Assembly: GCA_964606085.1 (NCBI GenBank)
Contig: CAZSFD010000011.1
Span: forward strand, 17,763-81,762
Direction: 5' to 3'
DNA length: 64,000 nucleotides
Source of the DNA: an uncultured Anaerolineaceae bacterium
GTDB lineage: Bacteria; Chloroflexota; Anaerolineae; Anaerolineales; UBA4823
The notes under the pieces were generated by a model, which saw only the letters and a list, made by a program, of their open reading frames with translations, did no database searches and was not told where the DNA came from. The position numbers were made by a program, and so were the translations under genes. Shown here piece by piece: positions 25,311-33,872 of this stretch (position 1 is the first letter of the stretch; each line of letters opens with the position of its first letter).

Positions 25311-28300
25311 ATGACCCCCACTCCCTACCCCTCCCCCGTCCACATCTGGCAAGAACTTGTCACCATCCCCACCTACCCCGTCCCCTCGCCCGACCCCAAC
25401 CCGATGTTCTTCGAGAAGCGCGTCAACCAGGGGGCCAGCGGGCGCATCTACCCCAACCCGCTCACCGACCATGTCAACCACGAGACGAAGGAAGACCGCG
25501 CCTACCAGGCCGTCTTCCTGGAAAACGAATACATCCAGATCATGGTCATGCCGCAGTTTGGCGGGCGCATTCACGCTGCCCTCGACAAAACCAACGGCTA
25601 CGACTTCGTCTATCGCCAAAACGTGGTCAAACCAGCATTGATTGGCCTGTTCGGCTCGTGGGTTTCTGGCGGCATGGAGTTCAACTGGCCGCTGCACCAC
25701 CGCCCATCCACCTTTATGCCGGTGGAATACACCATCGAGCATGGCGAAGATGGCTCGGCCACGGTCTGGCTCAGCGAACACGAGCCGATGAACCGCATGA
25801 AAGGCATGTTGGGCGTGTGCGTCTACCCCGGCAAAGCCTATTTCGAACTCAAAGTGCAGCTATACAACCGCACGCCGCTGCCGCAGCCCTTCCTGTGGTG
25901 GATCAACTGTGCTGTGCGTGTCAACGAGAATTATCAGATCATCTTCCCGCCCGATGTCGAGAGCGTCACCTTCCACTCACGCGCCGACATGGCCTCCTAC
26001 CCCATCGCTCGCCAGTTCTTCGCCGGCTGCGACTGGCGCGACGGTGTGGACATTTCCTTCCCCAACAACGTCGGCCCGGCCACCTCGTACTTCGCCAACC
26101 CGTCTGGCTATGATTTCTTCGGCGGGTTCGACCACGGCAAGCAGGGCGGCATCATCCATGTGGCCAACCACCACGTCTCGCCGGGCAAAAAATGCTTCAC
26201 CTGGGGCACCGGCGATTTCGGCACCGCCTGGCAAGGTTCGCTCACCGACGCCGACGGCCCTTACATCGAACTGATGGCCTCCAGCTACTCCGACAACCAA
26301 CCCGATTTTTCCTGGCTGCAGCCCTACGAAACCAAGCGCTTCAGCCACCTCTGGTACCCCATCCAGCAGATCGGCTCGGTCAAAAACGCCAACCGCCAAC
26401 TCGCCGTCAACCTCACCGACGACTTCGTCGGCGTCTGCGCCACCGAAATCATCCCCGAAGCCCGCATCCTCGTCACCGCCACCTCCCCCCACGGCGACGA
26501 AATCACCCTCTTCGACTGGCAAGGCGACCTCATCCCCGGCCAACCCCTCACCGCCCACCAGACCTTCGACCTTCGACCTGCAACCTTGCGCGTCCTCGAC
26601 TCCTCCGGCTCCGAGTTAATCTCCTACACCCCGCAGCCTCGCCGTGACGATCCCCTGCCTCCCACCGCCAAACCGCCCACGCTGCCGCACAAAATTGACA
26701 ACCTCGAAGAACTCTACCTCACCGGCCTGCACGTCGAGCAATATCTCCATTTCAGCCTCGACCCCGCCCCCTATTGGGAACGCGCCCTCACGCTCGATTC
26801 CGGCGACTCGCGCAGCAACACCGCCCTCGGACGCCTGAAACTGCGCCGCGGCGATTTTGCCGCCGCCGAAGCGCACTTCCGCGCCGCCATCGCCACCCTC
26901 ACGCGCTACAATTTCAACCCCTACGACGGCGAACCCTATTACCAGCTTGGCCTGGCGTTGGTTTACCAGGCGCGCTACGCCGAAGCCTACGACGCCTTCT
27001 ACAAGGGTATCTGGTCGTATGCCTGGCGCAGCGCTGGCTATTACGCCCTCGCCCAAATTGACGTGCGCCGCGGCGACTACGCCCGCGCTCTCGACCACAT
27101 CGAACGCGCTCTCGTCACCAACGCCCATCACAACCAGGCGCGCGCCCTCAAAGCCGCCGTGCTGCGCCGCATGGGGCGCGTCGAAGTGGCCCTGCAAACC
27201 GCCCGCGCCGCTCTGGCGCTCGACCCGCTCAACCTGTGGGCGCGCGCTGAGATGGTGCTGGCGTTGGATGAACTGGGTGATCCTGCCGATTTCCAGCAAT
27301 CTGAGTTAACCCGCCTGCTGCGCGGCAGCGCCCAAAACTACCTCGACCTGGCCCTCGATTACGGCAACAGCGCCCTCTACCCCGAAGCGTTGGATGTGCT
27401 GTTGAGCTTCCTCGAACTCGAAAACGCCAGCGAAGCTCCCCAGGCCGGGGCCAGTTATCCGATGATCCCCTACGCCCTCGGCTACTTCGCCACCCGCGTC
27501 GGCGACACGGCTTCGGCGCTCGAATGGTTCCGGCAGGCCGCCAGCCAACCACCCGATTGGTGCTTCCCGCACCGCCTCGAAGAGCAGATCATCCTTGAAG
27601 CCGCCCGCGCCGCCAACCCGTCGGATGGGCGCGCCGCCTATTACCTGGGCAACCTCTATTACGATAAGAAGCAGTACGAAAAAGCCATCGCTGCCTGGGA
27701 AACCGCCACGCACCTCGAACCGGGCTTCGCCACCGCCTGGCGCAACCTGAGCATCGCGCGCTACAACAAGCGCGGCGACAAAGATGGGGCCAAACTTGCT
27801 TACCAGCAGGCCCTCGTTGCCAACCCACACGACCCGCGCCAGATCATGGAGCACGACCAACTGGCCCGCCGCCTGGGGGCTGCCCCCGCCGACCGCATCT
27901 TCGCCTTCGAGCATCACCTGGCCGAAGTGGCCCAACGCGACGACCTCACCGTTGACCTGGCCGCTCTCTACAACCAGACCGGCCAGCCGCAAAAAGCGCT
28001 CGACCTGCTGCTCAATCACATTTTCCACCCCTGGGAAGGCGGCGAAGGCCAGGCGGCCACGCAGTATTCGCTGGCGCACCTGTTACTTGGCGAAGCGGCC
28101 ATCGGCACCAACCCGCACGCCGCCCTCGAACACTTCGCCGCCGCCCGCCAGCATCCCGCCAACCTGGGCGTGGGGCGCGCCATGCAGGGTGTCCATGCCG
28201 TGGTGGATTTCCACACCGCGCAAGCTTATGCCGCCCTCGGTCAGCCCGATGTTGCTGCTGAACACTACCGCAAGGTTGCCGATGACGAGGCTGCTGCTCC

Positions 28301-28637
28301 CGCCTGGCAGAATTTCTCCCCGTTGACCTATTACGCTGCCCTGGCCCTGCGTCAACTGGGCGATGAAGCCGCCGCGCAGTCCAAATTGCAAGCCCTCCTC
28401 GACCACGCCACCGAACAACTCAACGCCGACGATCAAGGCGGCTTCTATACATCTATCCCTGCCACTGTCATCTTCGAGGAAGAACCCGGCCGCGCCGCCA
28501 AAATAACCAATCACTACCTGATCGGCCTGGCGCACAAGGGCCTGGGTCACGCCGCCGAAGCGCGTGCCGCTTTCGAGGCTGTGCTGGCCCTCGACCCGCA
28601 CCATTGGGAAGCGCAGCGCGAGATGAAATCGCTTTAA
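25311..28637 (+). CDS. DUF5107-like N-terminal domain protein with C-terminal TPR repeats (1108 aa)
   Basis: The N-terminus PTYPVPSPDPNPMFFEKRVNQGASGRIYPNP... is typical of DUF5107 proteins. The C-terminal ~650 aa has repeated TPR-like A/L/Y patterns. Confidence 0.65.
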   Translation: MTPTPYPSPVHIWQELVTIPTYPVPSPDPNPMFFEKRVNQGASGRIYPNPLTDHVNHETKEDRAYQAVFLENEYIQIMVMPQFGGRIHAALDKTNGYDFVYRQNVVKPALIGLFGSWVSGGMEFNWPLHHRPSTFMPVEYTIEHGEDGSATVWLSEHEPMNRMKGMLGVCVYPGKAYFELKVQLYNRTPLPQPFLWWINCAVRVNENYQIIFPPDVESVTFHSRADMASYPIARQFFAGCDWRDGVDISFPNNVGPATSYFANPSGYDFFGGFDHGKQGGIIHVANHHVSPGKKCFTWGTGDFGTAWQGSLTDADGPYIELMASSYSDNQPDFSWLQPYETKRFSHLWYPIQQIGSVKNANRQLAVNLTDDFVGVCATEIIPEARILVTATSPHGDEITLFDWQGDLIPGQPLTAHQTFDLRPATLRVLDSSGSELISYTPQPRRDDPLPPTAKPPTLPHKIDNLEELYLTGLHVEQYLHFSLDPAPYWERALTLDSGDSRSNTALGRLKLRRGDFAAAEAHFRAAIATLTRYNFNPYDGEPYYQLGLALVYQARYAEAYDAFYKGIWSYAWRSAGYYALAQIDVRRGDYARALDHIERALVTNAHHNQARALKAAVLRRMGRVEVALQTARAALALDPLNLWARAEMVLALDELGDPADFQQSELTRLLRGSAQNYLDLALDYGNSALYPEALDVLLSFLELENASEAPQAGASYPMIPYALGYFATRVGDTASALEWFRQAASQPPDWCFPHRLEEQIILEAARAANPSDGRAAYYLGNLYYDKKQYEKAIAAWETATHLEPGFATAWRNLSIARYNKRGDKDGAKLAYQQALVANPHDPRQIMEHDQLARRLGAAPADRIFAFEHHLAEVAQRDDLTVDLAALYNQTGQPQKALDLLLNHIFHPWEGGEGQAATQYSLAHLLLGEAAIGTNPHAALEHFAAARQHPANLGVGRAMQGVHAVVDFHTAQAYAALGQPDVAAEHYRKVADDEAAAPAWQNFSPLTYYAALALRQLGDEAAAQSKLQALLDHATEQLNADDQGGFYTSIPATVIFEEEPGRAAKITNHYLIGLAHKGLGHAAEARAAFEAVLALDPHHWEAQREMKSL
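26561..26588 (+). repeat. Four in-frame heptamer units inside the DUF5107 gene
   Basis: GACCTTC GACCTTC GACCTGC AACCTTG, the same ACCTTY word family as 25261-25302 and 273-315. Confidence 0.7.
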
Positions 28638-28638
28638 C

Positions 28639-28694
28639 CACGAAGGACACAAAGGATTCAAGGATTTCCTTCGTGAACCTTCGTGCCCTTTGTG
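28639..28694. repeat. Word-hairpin: three 8-9 nt words followed by their reverse complements
   Basis: CACGAAGG A CACAAAGG ATTCAAGG ATTT CCTTCGTG AA CCTTCGTG C CCTTTGTG. It lies between the DUF5107 stop and the ABC ATPase start. Confidence 0.7.
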
Positions 28695-28706
28695 GTGAAT
28701 CATTTT

Positions 28707-29705
28707 ATGCCCACCATCGAAGTTCGTCACCTCACCAAAACCTTCACCGCCAAGCAAAAGGCCGCCGGGCTGGGCGGCAGCCTGCGCTCGTTGTTCCGCC
28801 CGCAGATGCGCACGGTGGAAGCGGTGCGCGGCCTGTCGTTTGAGATGGAGCCGGGCGAACTGCTCGGCTTCATCGGGCCAAACGGGGCCGGCAAATCCAC
28901 CACGATCAAGATGCTGACGGGCATTTTGCATCCCACCAGCGGCGAGGCCAGCGTGTTGGGCTTCACCCCCTGGAAGCAGCGCCAGCAACTGGCCTACCAG
29001 ATCGGCACCGTCTTCGGGCAGCGCCCGCAACTGTGGTATCACCTGCCCGCCATAGATACCTTCCACCTGTTCGGCAAAATCTACGAACTCGCCGACGCCG
29101 AGACCAAAAAGCGCATCGCCTTCCTTTCTGAAGCCTTCGAGATTGAAGACCTGCTGCAAACCCCGGTGCGCAAGCTCTCGCTCGGACAGCGGATGCGCTG
29201 CGAAGTGGCCGCCTCGCTGCTGCACCGCCCCAGGCTGCTACTGCTCGACGAACCCTCCATCGGCCTGGATGTGGTCGCCAAGCAACACATCCGCGATACC
29301 ATCCGGCGCATGAACCAGGAGGAAGGCGTGGGTGTGTTGCTCACCTCGCACGACGCGGGCGACCTCGAGGCGTTGTGCAAGCGTGTCATCGTCATCAATC
29401 ACGGCCAGATTGTCTATCACGACAAGGTATCCAATCTCAAGCGCAATTACCTGACCTCGAAGGTGATTGACGTGCGCTACGCCGAACAAATTCCCGATGA
29501 CTTCAATATCGCAGGCACCGAAACGATCAAGGTTGCTAAAACGCACTACGCCGCCAAATTGCGCTTCGACACACGCACCACCGCCATCGCCGCCGTCATC
29601 AGCCGCCTGGCCGAGGCCGGTAACATGCTCGACGTGACCATCTCCGACCCGTCGTTGGAGGAAGTGATCCGTTCGATTTATCAGGAAGTGGCAGGGAGCA
29701 AGTAG
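28707..29705 (+). CDS. ABC transporter ATP-binding protein (ABC-2 type)
   Basis: GPNGAGKSTT, LSLGQRMR and LLLLDEPSIGLD. Start at ATG 28707 (MPTIEVRHL). Confidence 0.9.
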   Translation: MPTIEVRHLTKTFTAKQKAAGLGGSLRSLFRPQMRTVEAVRGLSFEMEPGELLGFIGPNGAGKSTTIKMLTGILHPTSGEASVLGFTPWKQRQQLAYQIGTVFGQRPQLWYHLPAIDTFHLFGKIYELADAETKKRIAFLSEAFEIEDLLQTPVRKLSLGQRMRCEVAASLLHRPRLLLLDEPSIGLDVVAKQHIRDTIRRMNQEEGVGVLLTSHDAGDLEALCKRVIVINHGQIVYHDKVSNLKRNYLTSKVIDVRYAEQIPDDFNIAGTETIKVAKTHYAAKLRFDTRTTAIAAVISRLAEAGNMLDVTISDPSLEEVIRSIYQEVAGSK

Positions 29706-29718
29706 CAGGGAGCAAGTT
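29691..29718 (+). repeat. 14-bp tandem duplication (GCAGGGAGCAAGTA / GCAGGGAGCAAGTT) spanning the ATPase stop codon
   Basis: G-rich words partly complementary to the downstream CCTGCC/CTTGCC heptamers. Confidence 0.75.
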
Positions 29719-29723
29719 TGCCT

Positions 29724-29793
29724 CCTGCCATCTGCTACCTGCCACTTGCCCCTTGCCCCCTGTCGCCTGCCATCTGCCACCTGCTACCTGCCC
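29724..29793 (+). repeat. Ten tandem heptamers (CCTGCCA family) ending 1 nt before the permease ATG
   Basis: CCTGCCA TCTGCTA CCTGCCA CTTGCCC CTTGCCC CCTGTCG CCTGCCA TCTGCCA CCTGCTA CCTGCCC C ATG. Confidence 0.9.
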
Positions 29794-29794
29794 C

Positions 29795-30577
29795 ATGAAA
29801 TACCTCGCCATCTTTCGCATCCAGCTTTCCAACCGCCTGGCGTACGTGGGTGATCTGATCACGGGCAGCCTGTCCATTTTGATTTTCCTGTGGGTGTTCA
29901 TCCAGTTGTGGGCAACCACGTACCGCGTGATGAATCAGGAAAATATCGGCGGGCTGACGCTGGCGAACACCCTGTGGTATCTGATGTTGACGGAGGCGAT
30001 CCAGTTGAGCAAACCGCGCCTGACCAAAGGCATTTCCGATGCCGTCAAAGATGGCTCGATTGCTTACCTGCTCAACAAGCCCTACAACTTCCTGCTATAC
30101 CAGCTGAGCGTGGCACTGGCCGATGGCGTCTCGCGTTTCGGGTTCAATCTGTTGACGGGCGGATTACTGCTGGTGCTGATGGTCAGCGCGCCGCCGAACC
30201 CCATGGGTTGGCCGCTCGTGCTGGTGGCGGTGTTTTTCGGTTGGGTGCTTGATTTTTGCATCCAGGCGCTGATCGGTCTGGCCGCCTTCGTCACCGAGGA
30301 CGTTACCGCCTTCGATTGGATTTACCAGAAGCTCGTTTTCATCCTGGGTGGAATGTTGATCCCGCTCGATTTTTCCCCCGATTGGCTGCGCAATATCTCG
30401 CTGGCGCTGCCCTTCGCCTACACCATGTATGGCCCGGCGCGGCTCTTTGTCGAACCAGACCTGCTGCGCTTCGTCACCTTGCTGGCCGGTCAAACCATCT
30501 GGATCATCGTGCTGGGCGGCCTGCTGGCATTGGCCTATCAGCGCGGGTTGAAGTGGTTGGTGGTGAACGGCGGGTGA
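29795..30577 (+). CDS. ABC-2 family transporter permease
   Basis: Six hydrophobic segments, MKYLAIFRIQLSNRLAYVGDL... typical of ABC-2 membrane proteins. It follows the ATPase. Confidence 0.7.
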   Translation: MKYLAIFRIQLSNRLAYVGDLITGSLSILIFLWVFIQLWATTYRVMNQENIGGLTLANTLWYLMLTEAIQLSKPRLTKGISDAVKDGSIAYLLNKPYNFLLYQLSVALADGVSRFGFNLLTGGLLLVLMVSAPPNPMGWPLVLVAVFFGWVLDFCIQALIGLAAFVTEDVTAFDWIYQKLVFILGGMLIPLDFSPDWLRNISLALPFAYTMYGPARLFVEPDLLRFVTLLAGQTIWIIVLGGLLALAYQRGLKWLVVNGG

Positions 30578-30713
30578 TTGGGTTGGTATTTATCTTGTAA
30601 AGTGTTTGTAAGGTAAAACCGGGGGCTTTTGGGGGATAATCAGGACGTATTCGGTTGATGGAGAATTTTGAAAGAGCCGAACAGCCCCCTACACTCACTG
30701 AAATCCGTAGCTC

Positions 30714-31187
30714 ATGTATTCCATACCTTATGTCGGGAAGGCCCGCTTGATAAAAGTTTTGATCATTGATGATGATGTAGATATGACCGATGTACTTAAA
30801 TTGGTGCTGACCAGTGCCGGCTTTCATGTTGACGCGACCAGCGCCAGTACCCAGGCTGTCGAATTGACACAGCGTATCAATCCCGATGTGATCTTGCTGG
30901 ACTTGCTGATGCCTGGTATGGATGGCTGGCAAGTTTGCAAGGCCATCCGCCAGTTTAGCCGGGTGCCGATCATTATCCTTTCGGTCTTCAATACCCCAGC
31001 GGTCTTACAGCAAGCTTTCGATGCCGGTGCAGATGATTACCTGACCAAGCCGGTCACCAGTGGGATGTTGATTGCCCACATCAACGGCCTGGTGCGTCGT
31101 TCGCGTGGCGAGATGAAAACCGGGCAACTGATGGTCAACGCGGAAACCTCGCGTCGCGAAATATCGGCGCAATCGTACCATTCTTGA
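30714..31187 (+). CDS. Single-domain (CheY-like) response regulator
   Basis: KVLIIDDDVDM, DVILLDLLMPGMDG, PIIILS, ADDYLTKP. No output domain. Confidence 0.85.
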   Translation: MYSIPYVGKARLIKVLIIDDDVDMTDVLKLVLTSAGFHVDATSASTQAVELTQRINPDVILLDLLMPGMDGWQVCKAIRQFSRVPIIILSVFNTPAVLQQAFDAGADDYLTKPVTSGMLIAHINGLVRRSRGEMKTGQLMVNAETSRREISAQSYHS

Positions 31188-31213
31188 CCGACCCGGCTCG
31201 AATATAGACAGAC

Positions 31214-31268
31214 ACACAGCGCCCCTGGAGCAATTCCCAACCAATGGGATGCTCCAGGGGCGCTGTGT
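31214..31268. terminator. 18-bp perfect hairpin between convergent genes
   Basis: ACACAGCGCCCCTGGAGC (19-nt loop) GCTCCAGGGGCGCTGTGT. Confidence 0.65.
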
Positions 31269-31290
31269 TTGCGGCGCAAGAGAAGTGCAC

Positions 31291-31572
31291 TTAACCGATG
31301 GGGCGCTTCTGGCTTGTCTGGCGGGCGAAGATGAAAATCGTCAGCAGCACCAGCTGGCCGACGATCATCCCGGCCAGCTCGGGCAGCCTGACCGAGAGCA
31401 TTTCGACCCAGGTGCGCCCGCCGACCGTGGCTGGCTGGCCGAACGAACGGATGAACGCGGCGATGGCGGCGGCATTTTCGATGAGATAAGCCGCGCCAAT
31501 CAGGGCCGCCACGGTAAAGGGGATGGCCAGGGCCAGTGTCCAGAAAATTGCCGCCAGCGATAGCTTGAACAT
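31291..31572 (-). CDS. Small membrane protein (93 aa), unknown function
   Basis: AGGAGGTCGT ATG at 31572. Two hydrophobic helices (MFKLSLAAIFWTLALAIPFTVAALIGAAYLI..., GMIVGQLVLLTIFIFA). Confidence 0.5.
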   Translation of the reverse strand: MFKLSLAAIFWTLALAIPFTVAALIGAAYLIENAAAIAAFIRSFGQPATVGGRTWVEMLSVRLPELAGMIVGQLVLLTIFIFARQTSQKRPIG

Positions 31573-31736
31573 ACGACCTCCTTTTTCGAGCACGTCGAGC
31601 GCAGTTAAGACGCATGCTGCTTCTTCAACTTTGCTCAACAATTACTTCAACGTGCTTGCGATGTACTCTCAGCGTATGAAAATTTGGGCGCGGCGTCAAT
31701 AGGCTGGCAAAAGCATCTTGATATGGCGAGATAACC

Positions 31737-32387
31737 CTATGGGCTGATCAGGCCTTTGCGGATGGCATATTTGACCAATTCCCCCCGGCTGTGCAGGCCC
31801 AGCTTACGCATCAGGTTCTCGCGGTGGCGGGCCACGGTGTGCTTGCTGATCGAAAGCATCTCAGCGATCTCCTCGTTCGATTTGCCCTCGGCCAGCACGG
31901 CCAACACCTCCTGCTCGCGGGCGGTCAGGCCGTCCATTTGGGCGGGCGGCACGTCGGTGGCGCGGCTGAGAAAATCGCTGACGAGCAGCTTGGCTAACGA
32001 TGGGTAGATGTAAACCTCGCCGCGATGCACCGATTCGATGGCGGCGATCAAGTCTTCAGGGGCGGCGCGCTTTGGCACATAGGCCGATGCCCCCGCTTGC
32101 AGCATCTCGAAGAAATACTGCTCATCTTCGTGGATGGTGAGGGCGATGATGGCGGTTTGCGGGAGGCGCTGCTTGAGCCGCCGGGTGGCCTCGATGCCTG
32201 AAATATCGGGCAGGGTGATGTCCATGATGACGATATCGGGTTGAAGCTGCCCGGTCATGTGGATGGCTTGTTCACCGGTGGCCGCCTCGCCGATGATCTT
32301 CAAATTGGGCTGGCTTTCCAGCAGCATACGCAGCCCGGTGCGCACCACGGCGTGGTCATCTACCAACAACAGGCGAATTTCATCCAT
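31737..32387 (-). CDS. NarL/FixJ-family response regulator
   Basis: LLVDDH, DIVIMDITLPDISG and a LuxR-type HTH (LTAREQEVLAVLAEGKSNEEIAEMLSISKHTV). Confidence 0.9.
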   Translation of the reverse strand: MDEIRLLLVDDHAVVRTGLRMLLESQPNLKIIGEAATGEQAIHMTGQLQPDIVIMDITLPDISGIEATRRLKQRLPQTAIIALTIHEDEQYFFEMLQAGASAYVPKRAAPEDLIAAIESVHRGEVYIYPSLAKLLVSDFLSRATDVPPAQMDGLTAREQEVLAVLAEGKSNEEIAEMLSISKHTVARHRENLMRKLGLHSRGELVKYAIRKGLISP

Positions 32388-33864
32388 GTTTTTCTCCGTT
32401 TTCTCCCAGGGCGACGGTCACTTCGACCAGGGTGCCATGCCCCGGCGACGAGGCGAGCAGGCATTGGCCGCCGATCAATTCGGCGCGTTCGATCATCCCG
32501 AGCAAGCCCCAGCAAGGTTGATTTTTTTTGTTGTAGCAGGTTTCATCCACGTCGAATCCGCAGCCGTTATCTTCGATGCGCAGGGTGATGTCGTGGTTGA
32601 CCTGGATCAGCGTCACGCTGACGTGGCTGGCCTGGGCGTGACGGGCGGCATTGGTGAGGGCCTCTTGGGCGATGCGATACAGCGCTACGCGGATTTCCTC
32701 GGATAAGGCCGGGATATTGCCCCGGCTGCTGACCTGGATTTGCAGCCCCGAACGCTGCGAAAATTCGTTGGCATACCAGCGCAGGGCGGCCAGCAGGCCC
32801 AGGTCGTCGAGTTGGGGCGGGTGCAGGCCGGTAACGAGGTGCTGCAACTCGTCCAGGCCGGTTTTGACCAGTTTTTCGAGTTGGGCGGCCTGCTGCGCCA
32901 CGCGTTCGGGGTGGGTGGGGATGTTTTCGGACACGCCGCGCAGTCCCATACCGAGGGCGGTGAGCGTCTGGCCGAGTTCATCGTGCAGTTCGCGGGCGAT
33001 GCGCTGGCGTTCGTTCTCCTGTGCTTTGACGGTCTGGTGCAGCAGGGCAGCGCGCAGTTCTTCCAGGCGGTGCTGTTCGGCGTTTTGCTCCTGGCGCATT
33101 TTTTCCAGTTTTTGGCTGGTTTCCACCTCGAAGGCGCGCAGCGAGCGGACGATGGCTGCCGCTGCCCATGCCGCTGTGACGGCACGGAACACTTGCACCG
33201 GAAAGCCAAACCAGGCCAGAAAGGTTGTCGTGTTGAGGTAGGACGAGGGGAACAGCGGCGACGGCGCGGTGAATAACTGTCCGAGGCACCCATAGAGCAA
33301 GAATGCCAGCGCCGCCAGCGTGACATCGCGCCGGATGCTCTGCATCCCGCTGGCCGCGAACTGATCGCGTTGGACGATCAGCCCCCGCGCGACCAGCAAT
33401 CCGCCAGGGATGGCCAGGGCGTAGCGCGTGTAGACATCGGCTGTCACCACCCAATCGGCCCGGCCCTGCAAACTCCAGAAAATCCACCCCAGGCCAACCA
33501 GCCAGATCGCCGTTACGACGCCAAGCATGATCGTCCGGCGTTTCAGGTGGGCGGGGCCGATCAGCAGGCGCACGCCGAACGTGACCAATAATAAAAACGA
33601 GACCGCTAACAGAATGACGCGCAGGGGGGCGATCCAGGCGATGGCCGGTTCGACTTCGCGGTGATCGTGGATCAGCACGAACATCTCCAGCCACTCGTGG
33701 CCGCCGTGGATCAGGCCAAACCAGGCCAACGGGCGCAATGCCTGGGCATATTCGAGTGACGAAGTACGGCCTGTCTCGATCAGGATGGCGAAGCCCATGC
33801 TGAAGAAAGACAGGCCGTAGAGGAAGTAGACGAGGATGATATTTTGGGTGAAGAAATCAGCCAT
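32380..33864 (-). CDS. NarX-type sensor histidine kinase with a polytopic membrane sensor domain
   Basis: ~250 aa with 6-7 hydrophobic helices (includes HGGHEWLEMFVLIHDH). The HisKA_3 H-box is ARELHDELGQTL. The HATPase has an N-box and GHGTLV. Confidence 0.9.
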   Translation of the reverse strand: MADFFTQNIILVYFLYGLSFFSMGFAILIETGRTSSLEYAQALRPLAWFGLIHGGHEWLEMFVLIHDHREVEPAIAWIAPLRVILLAVSFLLLVTFGVRLLIGPAHLKRRTIMLGVVTAIWLVGLGWIFWSLQGRADWVVTADVYTRYALAIPGGLLVARGLIVQRDQFAASGMQSIRRDVTLAALAFLLYGCLGQLFTAPSPLFPSSYLNTTTFLAWFGFPVQVFRAVTAAWAAAAIVRSLRAFEVETSQKLEKMRQEQNAEQHRLEELRAALLHQTVKAQENERQRIARELHDELGQTLTALGMGLRGVSENIPTHPERVAQQAAQLEKLVKTGLDELQHLVTGLHPPQLDDLGLLAALRWYANEFSQRSGLQIQVSSRGNIPALSEEIRVALYRIAQEALTNAARHAQASHVSVTLIQVNHDITLRIEDNGCGFDVDETCYNKKNQPCWGLLGMIERAELIGGQCLLASSPGHGTLVEVTVALGENGEKHG

Positions 33865-33872
33865 ATCTGGCT

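Noticed and set aside
29724-29793. Possible CRISPR-like or minisatellite array.
   Set aside because: The units are 7 nt with no spacers, and no cas genes are present. It is a tandem heptamer repeat, not a CRISPR array.
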